A stretch of DNA of 64,000 nt from Candidatus Latescibacterota bacterium (GTDB taxonomy: Bacteria > Latescibacterota > UBA2968 > UBA8231): contig OY730476.1 in assembly GCA_963422735.1 (NCBI GenBank), positions 4,128,001-4,192,000 on the forward strand, given 5' to 3'. Position numbers and translations under genes: made by a program. Positions 30,137-39,810 of the stretch are shown in pieces. Numbering within the stretch: the first letter of the stretch is position 1; each line of letters begins with the position of its first letter. The notes below the pieces were generated by a model. It searched no databases. It was not told where the DNA came from and worked only from the letters and a program-made list of their open reading frames with translations.

Positions 30137-30763
30137 TTATGTCGGTGCTTCTCTCTCCGCCAACTCTTGCCATGCGGCCCGCGTCGCTTCATAGCTTTTC
30201 TGCGTATCCACATCCACGAAGATGCCTTCGTCCGCCACGGGCACTTCCGCGATATGGGCTGCGTTTTTTGTCAAGACCGGCCGCGCTCCCTCATCGCCCG
30301 TCAACGCGAGCAAGGCATCTCGATGGGCACGGCCGAAGGCCACCGGATGGCCGCGCCGCTCGTCGCACACCGGCACGGCGATAGTCTCTCTACTTTTCAA
30401 CGCTTCGGCGACCTTTAGCATTGTCTTCCCAGCTACCTGCGGCATATCCCCCAGCGCAAAGAGATATCCTTTCTCGCCGCCTGCCGCTTCCACGCCCACT
30501 CTGAAGGAGGTGGCCATCCCCTCGGCAAAATCTGGGTTGTGGACCAGCCGCACGGGATAGCTGCTCAACGTTTCCTCTACCTCTGCACGCTGATGCCCGG
30601 TCACCACGACCACTTCCCCTAAACCCACCTCGCAGACCCGCTCCACCACGACTTGGAGGACGCATCGCGCCTCCCAAGGCAGCAGCAGTTTATTGGCCCC
30701 CTCCATCCTAGAGGAACGCCCCGCCGCCAATACGATTCCGCTAAGGTCTGCGAATCTGGTCAT
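30137..30763 (-). CDS. Molybdenum cofactor cytidylyltransferase (MocA-like)
   Basis: IVLAAGRSSRM..NKLLL, LGDMP, GHPV.F, GDEGAR, DVDT; divergent from the cox genes. Confidence 0.88.
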   Translation of the reverse strand: MTRFADLSGIVLAAGRSSRMEGANKLLLPWEARCVLQVVVERVCEVGLGEVVVVTGHQRAEVEETLSSYPVRLVHNPDFAEGMATSFRVGVEAAGGEKGYLFALGDMPQVAGKTMLKVAEALKSRETIAVPVCDERRGHPVAFGRAHRDALLALTGDEGARPVLTKNAAHIAEVPVADEGIFVDVDTQKSYEATRAAWQELAEREAPT

Positions 30764-30793
30764 CCCAATCCTTCGCTCTGTTGGCTGTTCAAA

Positions 30794-30823
30794 TTGACAA
30801 GGATAGGTAAAATTTTTTAATAT
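30794..30823 (+). promoter_or_regulatory. Putative sigma70 promoter for coxG
   Basis: TTGACA-18 bp-TAATAT in an AT-rich divergent spacer. Confidence 0.45.
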
Positions 30824-30867
30824 CCACCGCATCATTCGCTTCTGGCCTTCAACCCCAGCACCAGCCC

Positions 30868-31302
30868 ATGCAGTTTGCAGGCTCTCATACTTTTCGCGCC
30901 CCGAGGCAAGTCCTGTGGGACTTGCTCAACGACCCGGAGGTCTTGGCGCGCATCACCCCAAGCGTCGATACCTTGGAGCAGACCGGCCCCGGCCAGTACC
31001 AAGCCGTGCTGCACATCAAAATGGGGCCGATCAACAGTACCTTCAACGGCGCGCTGCAAGTAGTAGATAGCAAGGAGCCGGAAAGCTATCGCCTGCTCAT
31101 CAACGTTGACGGCAAGATCGGCCAAATCGCGGCCGAGGGCCGCGTTCAGCTCGCCGACCAAGGCCGCGAGACAACCGTGGTAGTCGAGGGAGGCTCGCAG
31201 TTGACGGGCCGATTGGCGAGCATGGGCCAGCGCTTGCTCTCGGGCGTGGCGCGGATGTTTACCAACCAGTTTTTCAAGGCGCTGGAACGCGAATTACCTT
31301 AG
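30868..31302 (+). CDS. coxG: CoxG/SRPBCC-family protein
   Basis: LWDLLNDPEVLAR..P, GRLASMGQRL, NQFF. Confidence 0.85.
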   Translation: MQFAGSHTFRAPRQVLWDLLNDPEVLARITPSVDTLEQTGPGQYQAVLHIKMGPINSTFNGALQVVDSKEPESYRLLINVDGKIGQIAAEGRVQLADQGRETTVVVEGGSQLTGRLASMGQRLLSGVARMFTNQFFKALERELP

Positions 31303-31431
31303 AGGCTATCTGAAAACCCGCTTTGGGTCGCGTCGAGCCGCGGTAGAGACGATATCCCGTCATTCCCGCGCTTCACCCTGGGGGGGCTCCTGCACACAAG
31401 GGACGGCACCCAGAGTTTTCAGACGGCTTCT
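31301..31431. mobile_element. MITE-like element with 17-bp imperfect terminal inverted repeats
   Basis: AGAGGCTATCTGAAAAC ... GTTTTCAGACGGCTTCT (14/17 match), non-coding interior. Confidence 0.65.
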
Positions 31432-31456
31432 TAATCCAATTCAATAGGAGGCGACT

Positions 31457-31921
31457 ATGGCAGTAGCGATCAAGGTCACTGTCAACGGCCAGACCCACGA
31501 GCACGAGGTGGAGCCGCGCCAGATGCTCGTCAGCTATTTGCGCGAGGAGTTGGGCCTGACGGGCACCCACGTCGGCTGCGACACCAGCAATTGCGGTGCC
31601 TGTACCGTTATCGTTGATGGCCAAGCCGTCAAGGTCTGCACCATGCTCGCGGCGCAAGCTGACGGCGCAGAGATAACGACCATCGAAGGGCTTGCGGCCA
31701 ACGGTACGCTGCATCCTTTACAGGAAGCCTTCCGAGAGACCCACGGCTTGCAGTGCGGCTTTTGTACGCCCGGCATGATTATGGCCGCTTGGCAGTTGCT
31801 AGAGCGCAATGCAATGCCCAGCGACGCGGAGATCCGCCACGCGCTCGAAGGCAACTTTTGCCGCTGCACGGGCTACGACAACATCATTAAGGCGGTCCAA
31901 CGCGCCGCCGAGAGCGCATAG
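31457..31921 (+). CDS. coxS: [2Fe-2S] small subunit of a CO dehydrogenase-like molybdoenzyme
   Basis: [26 protein letters not shown]. Confidence 0.92.
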   Translation: MAVAIKVTVNGQTHEHEVEPRQMLVSYLREELGLTGTHVGCDTSNCGACTVIVDGQAVKVCTMLAAQADGAEITTIEGLAANGTLHPLQEAFRETHGLQCGFCTPGMIMAAWQLLERNAMPSDAEIRHALEGNFCRCTGYDNIIKAVQRAAESA

Positions 31922-31930
31922 GAGGCCGAT

Positions 31931-34303
31931 ATGGGAGTGATAGGACAACCCATCAAGCGCGTCGAAGACCAGCGCTTTATCACCGGCAAGGGTCGCTACA
32001 CAGATGACATTGCCCTGCCCAACTCGACCTTTGCGGCGATCGTGCGCAGCCCGCATGCCCACGCCGCGATCAAGGGCGTCGATACCGCGGCCGCGGCGGC
32101 CGCTTCTGGCGTGGTCGCTGTCTTTACAGGTGCCGACCTCGAAGCCGCTGGCGTCGCCGGCCTGCCCTGCGGCTGGCAGGTGGATTTCAAAAATGGCGAC
32201 ACCATGAAGGAGCCGGCCCATCCGGTGCTGGCCGCGGCCAGAGTGCGCCACGTCGGCGACCCGGTCGCCATCGTCTTGGCCGAGAGCCGCGAGCAAGCCG
32301 CAGATGCCGCCGAGCTGGTGGCAGTGGAGTACGAGGTCTTGGACGCGGTCGTCGCGGCAACCCAAGCGATAGAAAAAGGTGCGCCGCAGTTGTTCGACGA
32401 TGTGCCCAACAACACGTCCTTCGACTGGGAGCTCGGCGATCAAGCGGCGACGGACGCCGCCTTGGCCAGCGCCGCGCACGTCACCACCTTGGAGTTCGAC
32501 AATCAGCGGCTCATCCCCAACGCGATTGAGCCGCGCTGCGCCATTGGCGATTACGACGGCGCGCGCGAGCACTACACGCTCTACACCTCGTCGCAGAACC
32601 CCCACGTCATTCGCCTGCTGCTGACGGCGTTTGTCCTGAATCTGCCCGAGCACAAGGTGCGCGTGGTCTCGCCGGATGTGGGCGGCGGTTTTGGCTCCAA
32701 AATTTTTCACTATGCCGAAGAGGTCCTCGTCACGTGGTGCTCCCGCCAGATTGGCCGCCCGGTCAAGTGGACGGCCAGCCGCAGCGAGGCATTCCTCACC
32801 GACGCCCACGGCCGCGACCACCACACCAAGGTCGATCTCGGGCTCGACGCCGACGGCCACTTTGTCGGCTTGCGGGTCAAAACCGTCGCCAACCTCGGCG
32901 CGTACCTATCGACCTTCGCGCCCTGTGTGCCCACGTATCTCTACGGCACGCTCTTGCAAGGACTATACACGACCCCGGCGATCCACGTCGATGTCACCGG
33001 CGTCTTCACCAACACCACTCCGGTTGACGCCCTGCGCGGCGCGGGCCGCCCTGAGGCCACGTACGTTCTCGAGCGCACGGTCGAGCAGGCCGCCTTGGAG
33101 ACGGGCCGCGACCCGGCCCAACTGCGGAGCAAGAATTTTATCCCGCCCTTTGACGGCGTCGAGCAGGAAGGCTATCAGACCCAAGTGGCCCTGCAATACG
33201 ACAGCGGCAACTACGAAGCCGTGCTCGAAAAAGCCCTCGCGGCCGTCGGCTACGACGAACTGCGCGCAGAGCAGGCCAAGGCCCGCGCCGCCGGGAACGG
33301 TCGCTATCTCGGCATTGGCTTTTCGACCTATATCGAAGCCTGCGGCATTGCGCCCTCGGCCGTGGTCGGCGCATTGGGAGCTCGCGCCGGCCTCTTTGAG
33401 AGCGCGGGCGTTCGCGTCCAGCCCACCGGCAAAGTCTCCGTCTTCACCGGCAGCCACTCGCACGGGCAGGGCCACGAGACGACCTTCGCCCAGGTGGTGG
33501 CCGACGGCTTGGGCGTGGCGATCGAAGACGTGGACATCATTCACGGCGACACCGAGTCCGTGCCCTTTGGCATGGGTACCTATGGCTCGCGCTCGCTGGC
33601 CGTAGGCGGCACGGCCATCGTCAAGAGCATGGATAAGATCAAGGAGAAGGGGGCCAAGATCGCGGCTCACTTGCTCGAAGCTGCCGAGGAGGACCTCGAA
33701 TTCGCCGAGGGCAGTTGGGCGGTCAAGGGCACCGATCAGTCGATCTCCTTTGGCGAGGTCGCGCTGGCCGCGTACGTGCCGCACAATTTCCCCGAGGGGC
33801 TGGAGCCGGGGTTGGAGTTTACCAGCTTCTACGACCCGGTCAATTTTACCTTTCCCTTTGGTGCCCACATAGCGGTCGTGGAGGTGGATGCCGAGACTGG
33901 CGTGGTCGCGGTGCAGCGCTACGTCGCCGTTGACGATGTGGGCAATATCGTCAATCCCATGATCGTCGAAGGCCAAGTCGCAGGCGGCATTACGCACGGT
34001 ATTGGCCAAGCCCTGTTCGAGGAAGCCGTGTACGACGACAGCGGCCAGCTCATTTCTGGCTCGTATATGGACTACGTCCTGCCGCGCGCCGACGACCTGC
34101 CTTCCTTTGAATCCGACCACACTGTCACGCCCTGTCCGCACAATCCCCTCGGCGTCAAGGGCGCTGGCGAGACCGGCACGATTGGCTCGCCGCCGGCCAT
34201 TGTCAACGCCGTGCTCGACGCCCTGTGGCCTTTGGGTGTGCGCGACCTGACGATGCCGCTGACGCCTCAGAAGGTGTGGCAGGCCATCCAGCAAGTTAGC
34301 TAA
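31931..34303 (+). CDS. Molybdopterin-binding large subunit, form II CoxL-like (xanthine dehydrogenase family)
   Basis: [38 protein letters not shown]. Confidence 0.9.
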   Translation: MGVIGQPIKRVEDQRFITGKGRYTDDIALPNSTFAAIVRSPHAHAAIKGVDTAAAAAASGVVAVFTGADLEAAGVAGLPCGWQVDFKNGDTMKEPAHPVLAAARVRHVGDPVAIVLAESREQAADAAELVAVEYEVLDAVVAATQAIEKGAPQLFDDVPNNTSFDWELGDQAATDAALASAAHVTTLEFDNQRLIPNAIEPRCAIGDYDGAREHYTLYTSSQNPHVIRLLLTAFVLNLPEHKVRVVSPDVGGGFGSKIFHYAEEVLVTWCSRQIGRPVKWTASRSEAFLTDAHGRDHHTKVDLGLDADGHFVGLRVKTVANLGAYLSTFAPCVPTYLYGTLLQGLYTTPAIHVDVTGVFTNTTPVDALRGAGRPEATYVLERTVEQAALETGRDPAQLRSKNFIPPFDGVEQEGYQTQVALQYDSGNYEAVLEKALAAVGYDELRAEQAKARAAGNGRYLGIGFSTYIEACGIAPSAVVGALGARAGLFESAGVRVQPTGKVSVFTGSHSHGQGHETTFAQVVADGLGVAIEDVDIIHGDTESVPFGMGTYGSRSLAVGGTAIVKSMDKIKEKGAKIAAHLLEAAEEDLEFAEGSWAVKGTDQSISFGEVALAAYVPHNFPEGLEPGLEFTSFYDPVNFTFPFGAHIAVVEVDAETGVVAVQRYVAVDDVGNIVNPMIVEGQVAGGITHGIGQALFEEAVYDDSGQLISGSYMDYVLPRADDLPSFESDHTVTPCPHNPLGVKGAGETGTIGSPPAIVNAVLDALWPLGVRDLTMPLTPQKVWQAIQQVS

Positions 34304-34317
34304 GGAGAAGACCGACC

Positions 34318-35133
34318 ATGATACCTGTCGCGTTTGATTATCATCGTCCCTCTTCAATAGATGAGGCGATTCAGCTCCTCTCGGACGACGCCAAGTTCTT
34401 GGCTGGTGGCCACAGCCTTTTGCCGGCCATGAAGCTGCGCCTGTCGGCACCGGGCGCACTGATCGATATTGGTCGGCTCGCGGAGTGCAACTACATCAGA
34501 GAGGATGGCGACGCCGTAGCCATTGGTGCTGTCACCACCCATCACCAGATTGCGACCTCGCCCCTGACCAACGCCCGCGTCGCTGCGCTGGCCCAAGCCG
34601 CTGCGGTCATCGGCGATCCCCAGGTGCGCAACAAGGGCACTATTGGCGGCTCCTTGGCCCATGCCGATCCAGCGGCCGACTACCCGGCCGCCATTTTGGC
34701 GTTGGGTGCTGAGATCAAGGTCAGGAGCAAGGAGGGCGAGCGCGCAATTCCCGCGGACGAATTTTTTGTCGATCTGTTTTTGACCGCACTCGCGCCGGAC
34801 GAGATCATCACCGAGGTGCGAGTGCCGACCGCGGAAAAATCGGCTTATGTCAAATTCCCGCATCCGGCCTCGCGCTTTGCCGTCGTCGGCTGCGCCGCCG
34901 CCTCGGCCGGAGGCGCGGTCAAGGTGGCCTTTACGGGTGTGGCCAATGCGGCCTTCCGCGATAGTGGGGTTGAAGAGGCCCTCAGCGGCGGCTTGGGCGC
35001 GGAAGCGATCTCTGCGGCCGCCGCACGAGCGGCCGACGGACAGGAGATACTTGCCGACCACTTTGCTGGCGAAGAGTACCGCCGCCACTTGGCCAAGGTT
35101 TTTGCCCGCAAGGCGCTTGCGGCCATCGTCTGA
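34318..35133 (+). CDS. coxM: FAD-binding medium subunit
   Basis: LAGGHSLLP.MKLRL, IGDPQVRNKGTIGGS, DPAAD. Confidence 0.9.
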   Translation: MIPVAFDYHRPSSIDEAIQLLSDDAKFLAGGHSLLPAMKLRLSAPGALIDIGRLAECNYIREDGDAVAIGAVTTHHQIATSPLTNARVAALAQAAAVIGDPQVRNKGTIGGSLAHADPAADYPAAILALGAEIKVRSKEGERAIPADEFFVDLFLTALAPDEIITEVRVPTAEKSAYVKFPHPASRFAVVGCAAASAGGAVKVAFTGVANAAFRDSGVEEALSGGLGAEAISAAAARAADGQEILADHFAGEEYRRHLAKVFARKALAAIV

Positions 35134-35155
35134 GTACCGTTGCACCTCACAGAAT

Positions 35156-35195
35156 AGCCCCCGATGCCGGTTGAGCGTCGGGGGCTTTCTCTTTT
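35156..35195 (+). terminator. Rho-independent terminator
   Basis: AGCCCCCGATGC/GCGTCGGGGGCT stem followed by a T-rich tail. Confidence 0.8.
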
Positions 35196-35253
35196 GAGCG
35201 GGTAATATTTTGTGCGCCTTTCTTTCGTTAATACCCTACTATTTGCTCGTCCC

Positions 35254-35451
35254 TTATTCCATCTCGTGTATAAAAATTGCTTCGATCGGCTCTAAAAAAA
35301 TGTGGGCGATCTTAAATGCCAGCGGCAGACTTGGGTCGTATTTGCCCTTTTCGAGGGCGTTCACCGTTTGCCGAGAGACCTCCAGACGGTCCGCGAGATC
35401 AGCTTGGGTCCAGTCGCGCTCGGCGCGCAACACCTTTAGGCGATTTTTCAT
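35254..35451 (-). CDS. XRE-family HTH regulator
   Basis: MKNRLKVLRAERDWTQADLA..VSRQTVNALEKGKYDPSLPLAFKIA. Confidence 0.92.
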   Translation of the reverse strand: MKNRLKVLRAERDWTQADLADRLEVSRQTVNALEKGKYDPSLPLAFKIAHIFLEPIEAIFIHEME

Positions 35452-35867
35452 CGGTAGCGGATATGGCCGACGATAACTGAGACCACGAATGTAAACGACA
35501 TTAGCAAAATGATATCTGAGACTTCTGCATCCGTTATGAATTTTGCGGTTACCATCAGCGAATAACTAAAGCTGCCGACGAGCGCGACGCCCATAGATAT
35601 AGCGAGTGCATCGAGTTGGATCTTGCGCTGCAGCTCATCCATGTATTTCAGGTGGCGCAAATACGACAAGATCATGCCGATACCGATGCCCGCGTTGAGG
35701 ACGATCGCGATAGCGGATATCAAAGCAGAGGAATACCATTCGTATAATATCGCTTTGTCGGCCAACACCATCGTCATCGACCAAGTAAAGGTCCAACAAA
35801 GAAAACGAATCGCGTTTTTTGCATTACCGTTAGTAAGACAACTCAAATTGACCATTGGCTTCTCCAT
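35448..35867 (-). CDS. Four-TM membrane protein coupled to the XRE regulator
   Basis: Hydrophobic helices around a DELQRKIQLDA motif; ATGA overlap with the HTH gene. Confidence 0.8.
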   Translation of the reverse strand: MEKPMVNLSCLTNGNAKNAIRFLCWTFTWSMTMVLADKAILYEWYSSALISAIAIVLNAGIGIGMILSYLRHLKYMDELQRKIQLDALAISMGVALVGSFSYSLMVTAKFITDAEVSDIILLMSFTFVVSVIVGHIRYR

Positions 35868-35890
35868 GAGTCTGCTATCCTTTCCATAAA

Positions 35891-35949
35891 GTAAAGCCTG
35901 CTTTACTAAAGATATAATCCGAAAAATTGTAATGTCAAGCTTATTTTAC
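35891..35949 (-). promoter_or_regulatory. Promoter with operator palindromes
   Basis: Minus-strand TTGACA (35933-35938), 18 bp, TATCTT; GTAAAG-N4-CTTTAC at 35891-35906 and a degenerate copy over the -35 box. Confidence 0.65.
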
Positions 35950-36001
35950 AAAAAGATTAGCGTACATGACTTTAAGGACGATTTTATACATATAGATAAA
36001 A

Positions 36002-36046
36002 CGGGAAAAGCCTTCGACCTTATTCCAGCATCGAAGGCTTTTCCCG
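36002..36046. terminator. Perfect 16-bp inverted repeat hairpin
   Basis: CGGGAAAAGCCTTCGA ... TCGAAGGCTTTTCCCG. Confidence 0.7.
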
Positions 36047-36220
36047 CTCTTATAACGAGCTTTTTTAGTAAATTTTGCCTAGCCCCACAAACTGGGCCGG
36101 TATCGACTCCTTCGGCAACTACGGCTTGGCTTCTTCTTCAAGTCAGTTTCGGAAGCTCTGGATATGGCACGCTTCCTCTTCGCGTCTCAAAAAATTGCGG
36201 ATCGCCTTGATGAATGGCAC

Positions 36221-36648
36221 CTAATTCAGCCGTTTCTTGATGACGTTCACGCTCTTGCGAATCACTCCCGTCCGGTATTCGAGCAGACCTAATCGCCGGT
36301 TAAGGTGCTTTGTGTCCTTGGACAACTGGACAGCGAGCACGTCCGTTTTGGTGGTCAGCTTCTTAGATCGGTAGCGTATCTCACCAATCTTGGTGTTAAG
36401 TCGCCCCAAGCGCCCGTCCATCTGAGCCAGCTTTGAACCGAGGCTGTAGCTTGCCCAGTTGCTTGGCGAGGCGGCCTACTTGCCGGTCGAGGCCCTTGAC
36501 GTGTTTCTGTACGCCCGACACTTGCTCCGAGACTGCGGCGATTTGCTCGGTTAAAGACTCGGCGACTTGCTGCTGATAGGCTTTCATGTCGCTTGAGACT
36601 TTCCACAACAGAAGGGCCAGTGCCACAAAGCCTGCGATATTTGGTCAT
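36221..36648 (-). pseudogene. Membrane-anchored coiled-coil protein, frameshifted
   Basis: GGGAGG RBS and ATG; IAGFVALALLLW helix and heptad pattern spread over three frames. Confidence 0.5.
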
Positions 36649-36769
36649 CGCGTGCCTCCCTCAAGGCTTATTGGCTAACGACTTGCCACCCGTCGGCCAA
36701 CATTTGAGTAATCAACAAATTTTAGGCCAAGCTCCACGCACAGACCCTGCCCTGAGATGGGCTGGCTGT

Positions 36770-37092
36770 GCAACGTCGAACTCGACACTCCGCACGACGC
36801 CGTCTTCCACGTCGCGAACATATTATCGGGCAATTGGTGCAGGACCGTAGCACCCGCTACATAGCTCTCTGGGCTGCGATTTTGCGCTAACAAACGCAGG
36901 ATAGACTGCTGAAACGCGCTTAGGGACATAAGCGGGCGGCCAAGATAAATCCCTGCCGGCCTCGTGCGATCTCGGGTATATCTCCGACGCCTATCTCCAA
37001 ATCCCGGCGCAAATACCAGAAACACCGGACGTAGTAATCGGCAAAGGACGCTCAGGCTCGCACAGCGTATTTTCGCGTTGTTTTGGGTGCAC
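36770..37092 (-). pseudogene. Remnant of a small-protein / nucleotidyltransferase TA-like pair
   Basis: FADYYVRCFWYLRRDL...LAARLCP* overlapping MSLSAFQQSILRLLAQNRSPESYVAGATVL, which breaks off early. Confidence 0.55.
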
Positions 37093-37190
37093 GGTTTGCT
37101 TCTTAGGGATGATACGCGAGAAACGGCGATTACATATTGGGTTGTACTTTGCAAGATTCTTTCGGGCAAGGGGTCTTGACTTGTGAGACA

Positions 37191-38873
37191 TTAGTCCCGC
37201 GTCAGTTGCCGGTAGCGGACCCGCCGAGGCACGGCCGAATCCTCGCCTAGGCGCGCTTTCTTGTTCTCCTCGTACTCCGAAAAATTGCCCTCGAACCAAT
37301 AGACTTGGCTATCGCCCTCAAACGCCAGAATATGCGTGGCGATCCGATCCAAAAACCACCTATCGTGGCTGATGACCACTACGCAGCCGGCGAAGTTTTC
37401 CAACCCCTCCTCCAGTGCGCGCAGCGTATGCACGTCTAGGTCGTTGGTCGGCTCGTCGAGCAGGAACACATTGGCTTGCTCCTTGAGCACCTTGGCCAGA
37501 TGCACCCGATTGCGTTGCCCGCCCGAGAGCGCAGCGACCTTCTGCTGCTGGTCGGCGCCGATGAAGTTGAAGCGTGCGAGGTACGCCCGCGAATTTACCT
37601 TGCGCTCGCCCAGTTCGATTTCCTCCTCGCCTCCTGAGATCTCCTGCCAGACGGTGTTTTCCCCCACCAGGGTTTCCCGGCTCTGATCCACGTACCCCAG
37701 CCGCACGGTCTCGCCGATGCGGAGTTGGCCGCTGTCGGCGCTTTCTTGGCCGGTAATCAGCCGGAACAGGGTCGTCTTGCCCGCGCCGTTGGGTCCGATG
37801 ACCCCGACGATCCCACCCGAGGGCAGCGCGAAATCCATGTTCTCGAAGATAATGCGATCGCCGTAGCGCTTGCTCATGCCCTTGGCCTCAATGGCGATAT
37901 CGCCCAGCCTCGGCCCCGGCGGAATGTAGAGTTGCACCGCCTCGTTCCGCCGCACCCGATCCTGATTTAGCAATTCCTCGTAGGCCCTGATCCTAGCCTT
38001 GGCCTTCTGCTGCTTGGCCTTCGGCGTCATGCGGATCCATTCCAGCTCGCGCTCCAGCGTTCGCTGTCTTTCGCTCTCGCTTTTTTCTTCTAGCCGCAGT
38101 CGCTCCTTTTTCTGCTCTAGCCACGACGAATAATTCCCCTTCCACGGTACGCCGCGCCCTTGGTCTAGCTCCAGAATCCAGCCCGCCACATTGTCGAGAA
38201 AATACCGATCGTGAGTAACGGCGATCACCGTCCCTTGGTACTGGTGCAAATGCCCCTCCAGCCACGCCACTGTTTCGGCATCGAGGTGGTTGGTCGGCTC
38301 GTCTAAAAGCAGAATATCCGGCTGGCGAAGCAACAACCGACACAGCGCCACCCGCCGCCGCTCGCCGCCTGAAAGCGTGGAGACCTCTTGGTCTTCGGGC
38401 GGACAGCCAAGCGCATCCATCGCCATATCCAGCCGACTATCCAAATCCCAAGCCCCGGCCGCGTCGAGTTGTTCAGCCACGGTGGCCTGCCGCTCGATCA
38501 GGGCGTTCATCGCGTCGTCGTCCATAGGTTCGGCGAACTGGGCGTTGATGCCCTCGTACTCGCGCAGCAAATCCACCGTCTCCTGCACGCCCTCCTCGAC
38601 GATCTCCTTGATCGTTTTCCCCTTTTCCAACTCGGGTTCCTGCGTTAGGTACCCCACGGTAAACCCCGGCTGTACGCGAATGGTCCCCTCGTATTCGCCG
38701 TCTCTGCCGGCCACAATCCGCAACAAGGTGCTCTTCCCCGACCCATTCAAGCCCAACACCCCGATCTTGGCCCCATAAAAGTACGACAGTGAAATGTCTG
38801 CGAGAACCACCTTCCGGTTGTAGTGCTTGCTCACCTTGTACATCGAATAGATGACTTTTTCCGCTTCGCTCAT
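37191..38873 (-). CDS. ettA: Energy-dependent translational throttle, ABC-F protein
   Basis: GAKIGVLGLNGSGKST, LSGGERRRVALC, GNYSSWLEQK, RELEWIR, second ABC domain. Confidence 0.95.
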   Translation of the reverse strand: MSEAEKVIYSMYKVSKHYNRKVVLADISLSYFYGAKIGVLGLNGSGKSTLLRIVAGRDGEYEGTIRVQPGFTVGYLTQEPELEKGKTIKEIVEEGVQETVDLLREYEGINAQFAEPMDDDAMNALIERQATVAEQLDAAGAWDLDSRLDMAMDALGCPPEDQEVSTLSGGERRRVALCRLLLRQPDILLLDEPTNHLDAETVAWLEGHLHQYQGTVIAVTHDRYFLDNVAGWILELDQGRGVPWKGNYSSWLEQKKERLRLEEKSESERQRTLERELEWIRMTPKAKQQKAKARIRAYEELLNQDRVRRNEAVQLYIPPGPRLGDIAIEAKGMSKRYGDRIIFENMDFALPSGGIVGVIGPNGAGKTTLFRLITGQESADSGQLRIGETVRLGYVDQSRETLVGENTVWQEISGGEEEIELGERKVNSRAYLARFNFIGADQQQKVAALSGGQRNRVHLAKVLKEQANVFLLDEPTNDLDVHTLRALEEGLENFAGCVVVISHDRWFLDRIATHILAFEGDSQVYWFEGNFSEYEENKKARLGEDSAVPRRVRYRQLTRD

Positions 38874-38874
38874 A

Positions 38875-39810
38875 TCAGCTCAATCCTTTGTATGCTGTAA
38901 ATACAATTCCCAAATCTCGTTTAGCCCGCGCCAAGTCCGAATACGGCTGCCGCCCCGGCTCCTGCAAACACTGCAAGAAGTCCCGCATCATGCCCCCATA
39001 GCCCATCAAGTCCCCCAATCCCGGAAAGTAGAGCCGCTTCCGCCGCCCCCGCAAACGCACGTATAGCCCATTGCACTCAAAGACGATCCGTCCCTTCGTC
39101 CCCAAAATCCGCGCGTGCTGAAAGGTGCCCTTGGTCAGGCTGAAGGCGTTCCAAGCATAGCGCAAAACCAGCTCGGCCCCCGAGGCGTATTCGACCCGCA
39201 CTACCGAATTCCGCTCCGGCTCGCCCGCCCGGTGCCCGGGAAACTCCGCCGTCACTTGCTGGGGTGCGTCGGCGAAAAGGTCCGCTCCGAGGGCCACGAA
39301 GTGGATCCCTCCCTCCAGCAGTGCGCCATAGCCGCTTTTCCATCCCGCGGTCTGCTGAGTAAAGCATTTGCCAATGGTCGCCTGCTGCACCTCGCCGATA
39401 AAACCTTGCCGGACGATCCACTTGAGCAACTTAAGCAAAGGCTTGTAGTAGTAGTTTTCCGCGATCATCAGTAGTGCATCTGAATGGGCCGCCGCGGCCG
39501 CGCCAATCGCCGCCAAGTCGTCCGCTGTAGCGCACAAGGGCTTTTCCACCAGTACCCCCTTGCCGGCTGCCAATGCTGCGACGACCTGTGGCCGATGGGC
39601 ATTCGGTGGCGAGCTGATCAGTATCGCATCCACCGTGCTGTCGAGAGCTTCGGCGTACGATGCAAAGACCTGCCCCCCGCCGCATTGGCGGCTGAGGGAC
39701 TCTGCGCTAGTCCGCGTGCGGCTGTGAAATGACAGCTCGACCTTGCCGACGAGGTTTTTCGCGTGCAGGCGACCGATGGTGCCGCATCCTACTAGACAAA
39801 CCTTCTTCAT
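38875..39810 (-). CDS. Gfo/Idh/MocA-family oxidoreductase
   Basis: VCLVGCGTIG, VLVEKP, GALLEGGIH. Confidence 0.9.
   Translation of the reverse strand: MKKVCLVGCGTIGRLHAKNLVGKVELSFHSRTRTSAESLSRQCGGGQVFASYAEALDSTVDAILISSPPNAHRPQVVAALAAGKGVLVEKPLCATADDLAAIGAAAAAHSDALLMIAENYYYKPLLKLLKWIVRQGFIGEVQQATIGKCFTQQTAGWKSGYGALLEGGIHFVALGADLFADAPQQVTAEFPGHRAGEPERNSVVRVEYASGAELVLRYAWNAFSLTKGTFQHARILGTKGRIVFECNGLYVRLRGRRKRLYFPGLGDLMGYGGMMRDFLQCLQEPGRQPYSDLARAKRDLGIVFTAYKGLS

Noticed and set aside
31931-34303. True aerobic CO dehydrogenase (form I coxL)
   Set aside because: Lacks AYXCSFR and the gene order is S-L-M rather than M-S-L
32963-34459. Long antisense ORFs (also 2689-3549, 15911-16888, 24829-25935, 54405-55337)
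   Set aside because: They mirror well-supported genes on the opposite strand, as expected from GC-rich codon bias, and have no motifs
36130-36220. Flp pilin-like fragment FIKAIRNFLRREE on the minus strand
   Set aside because: No following hydrophobic pilin segment; too short to support
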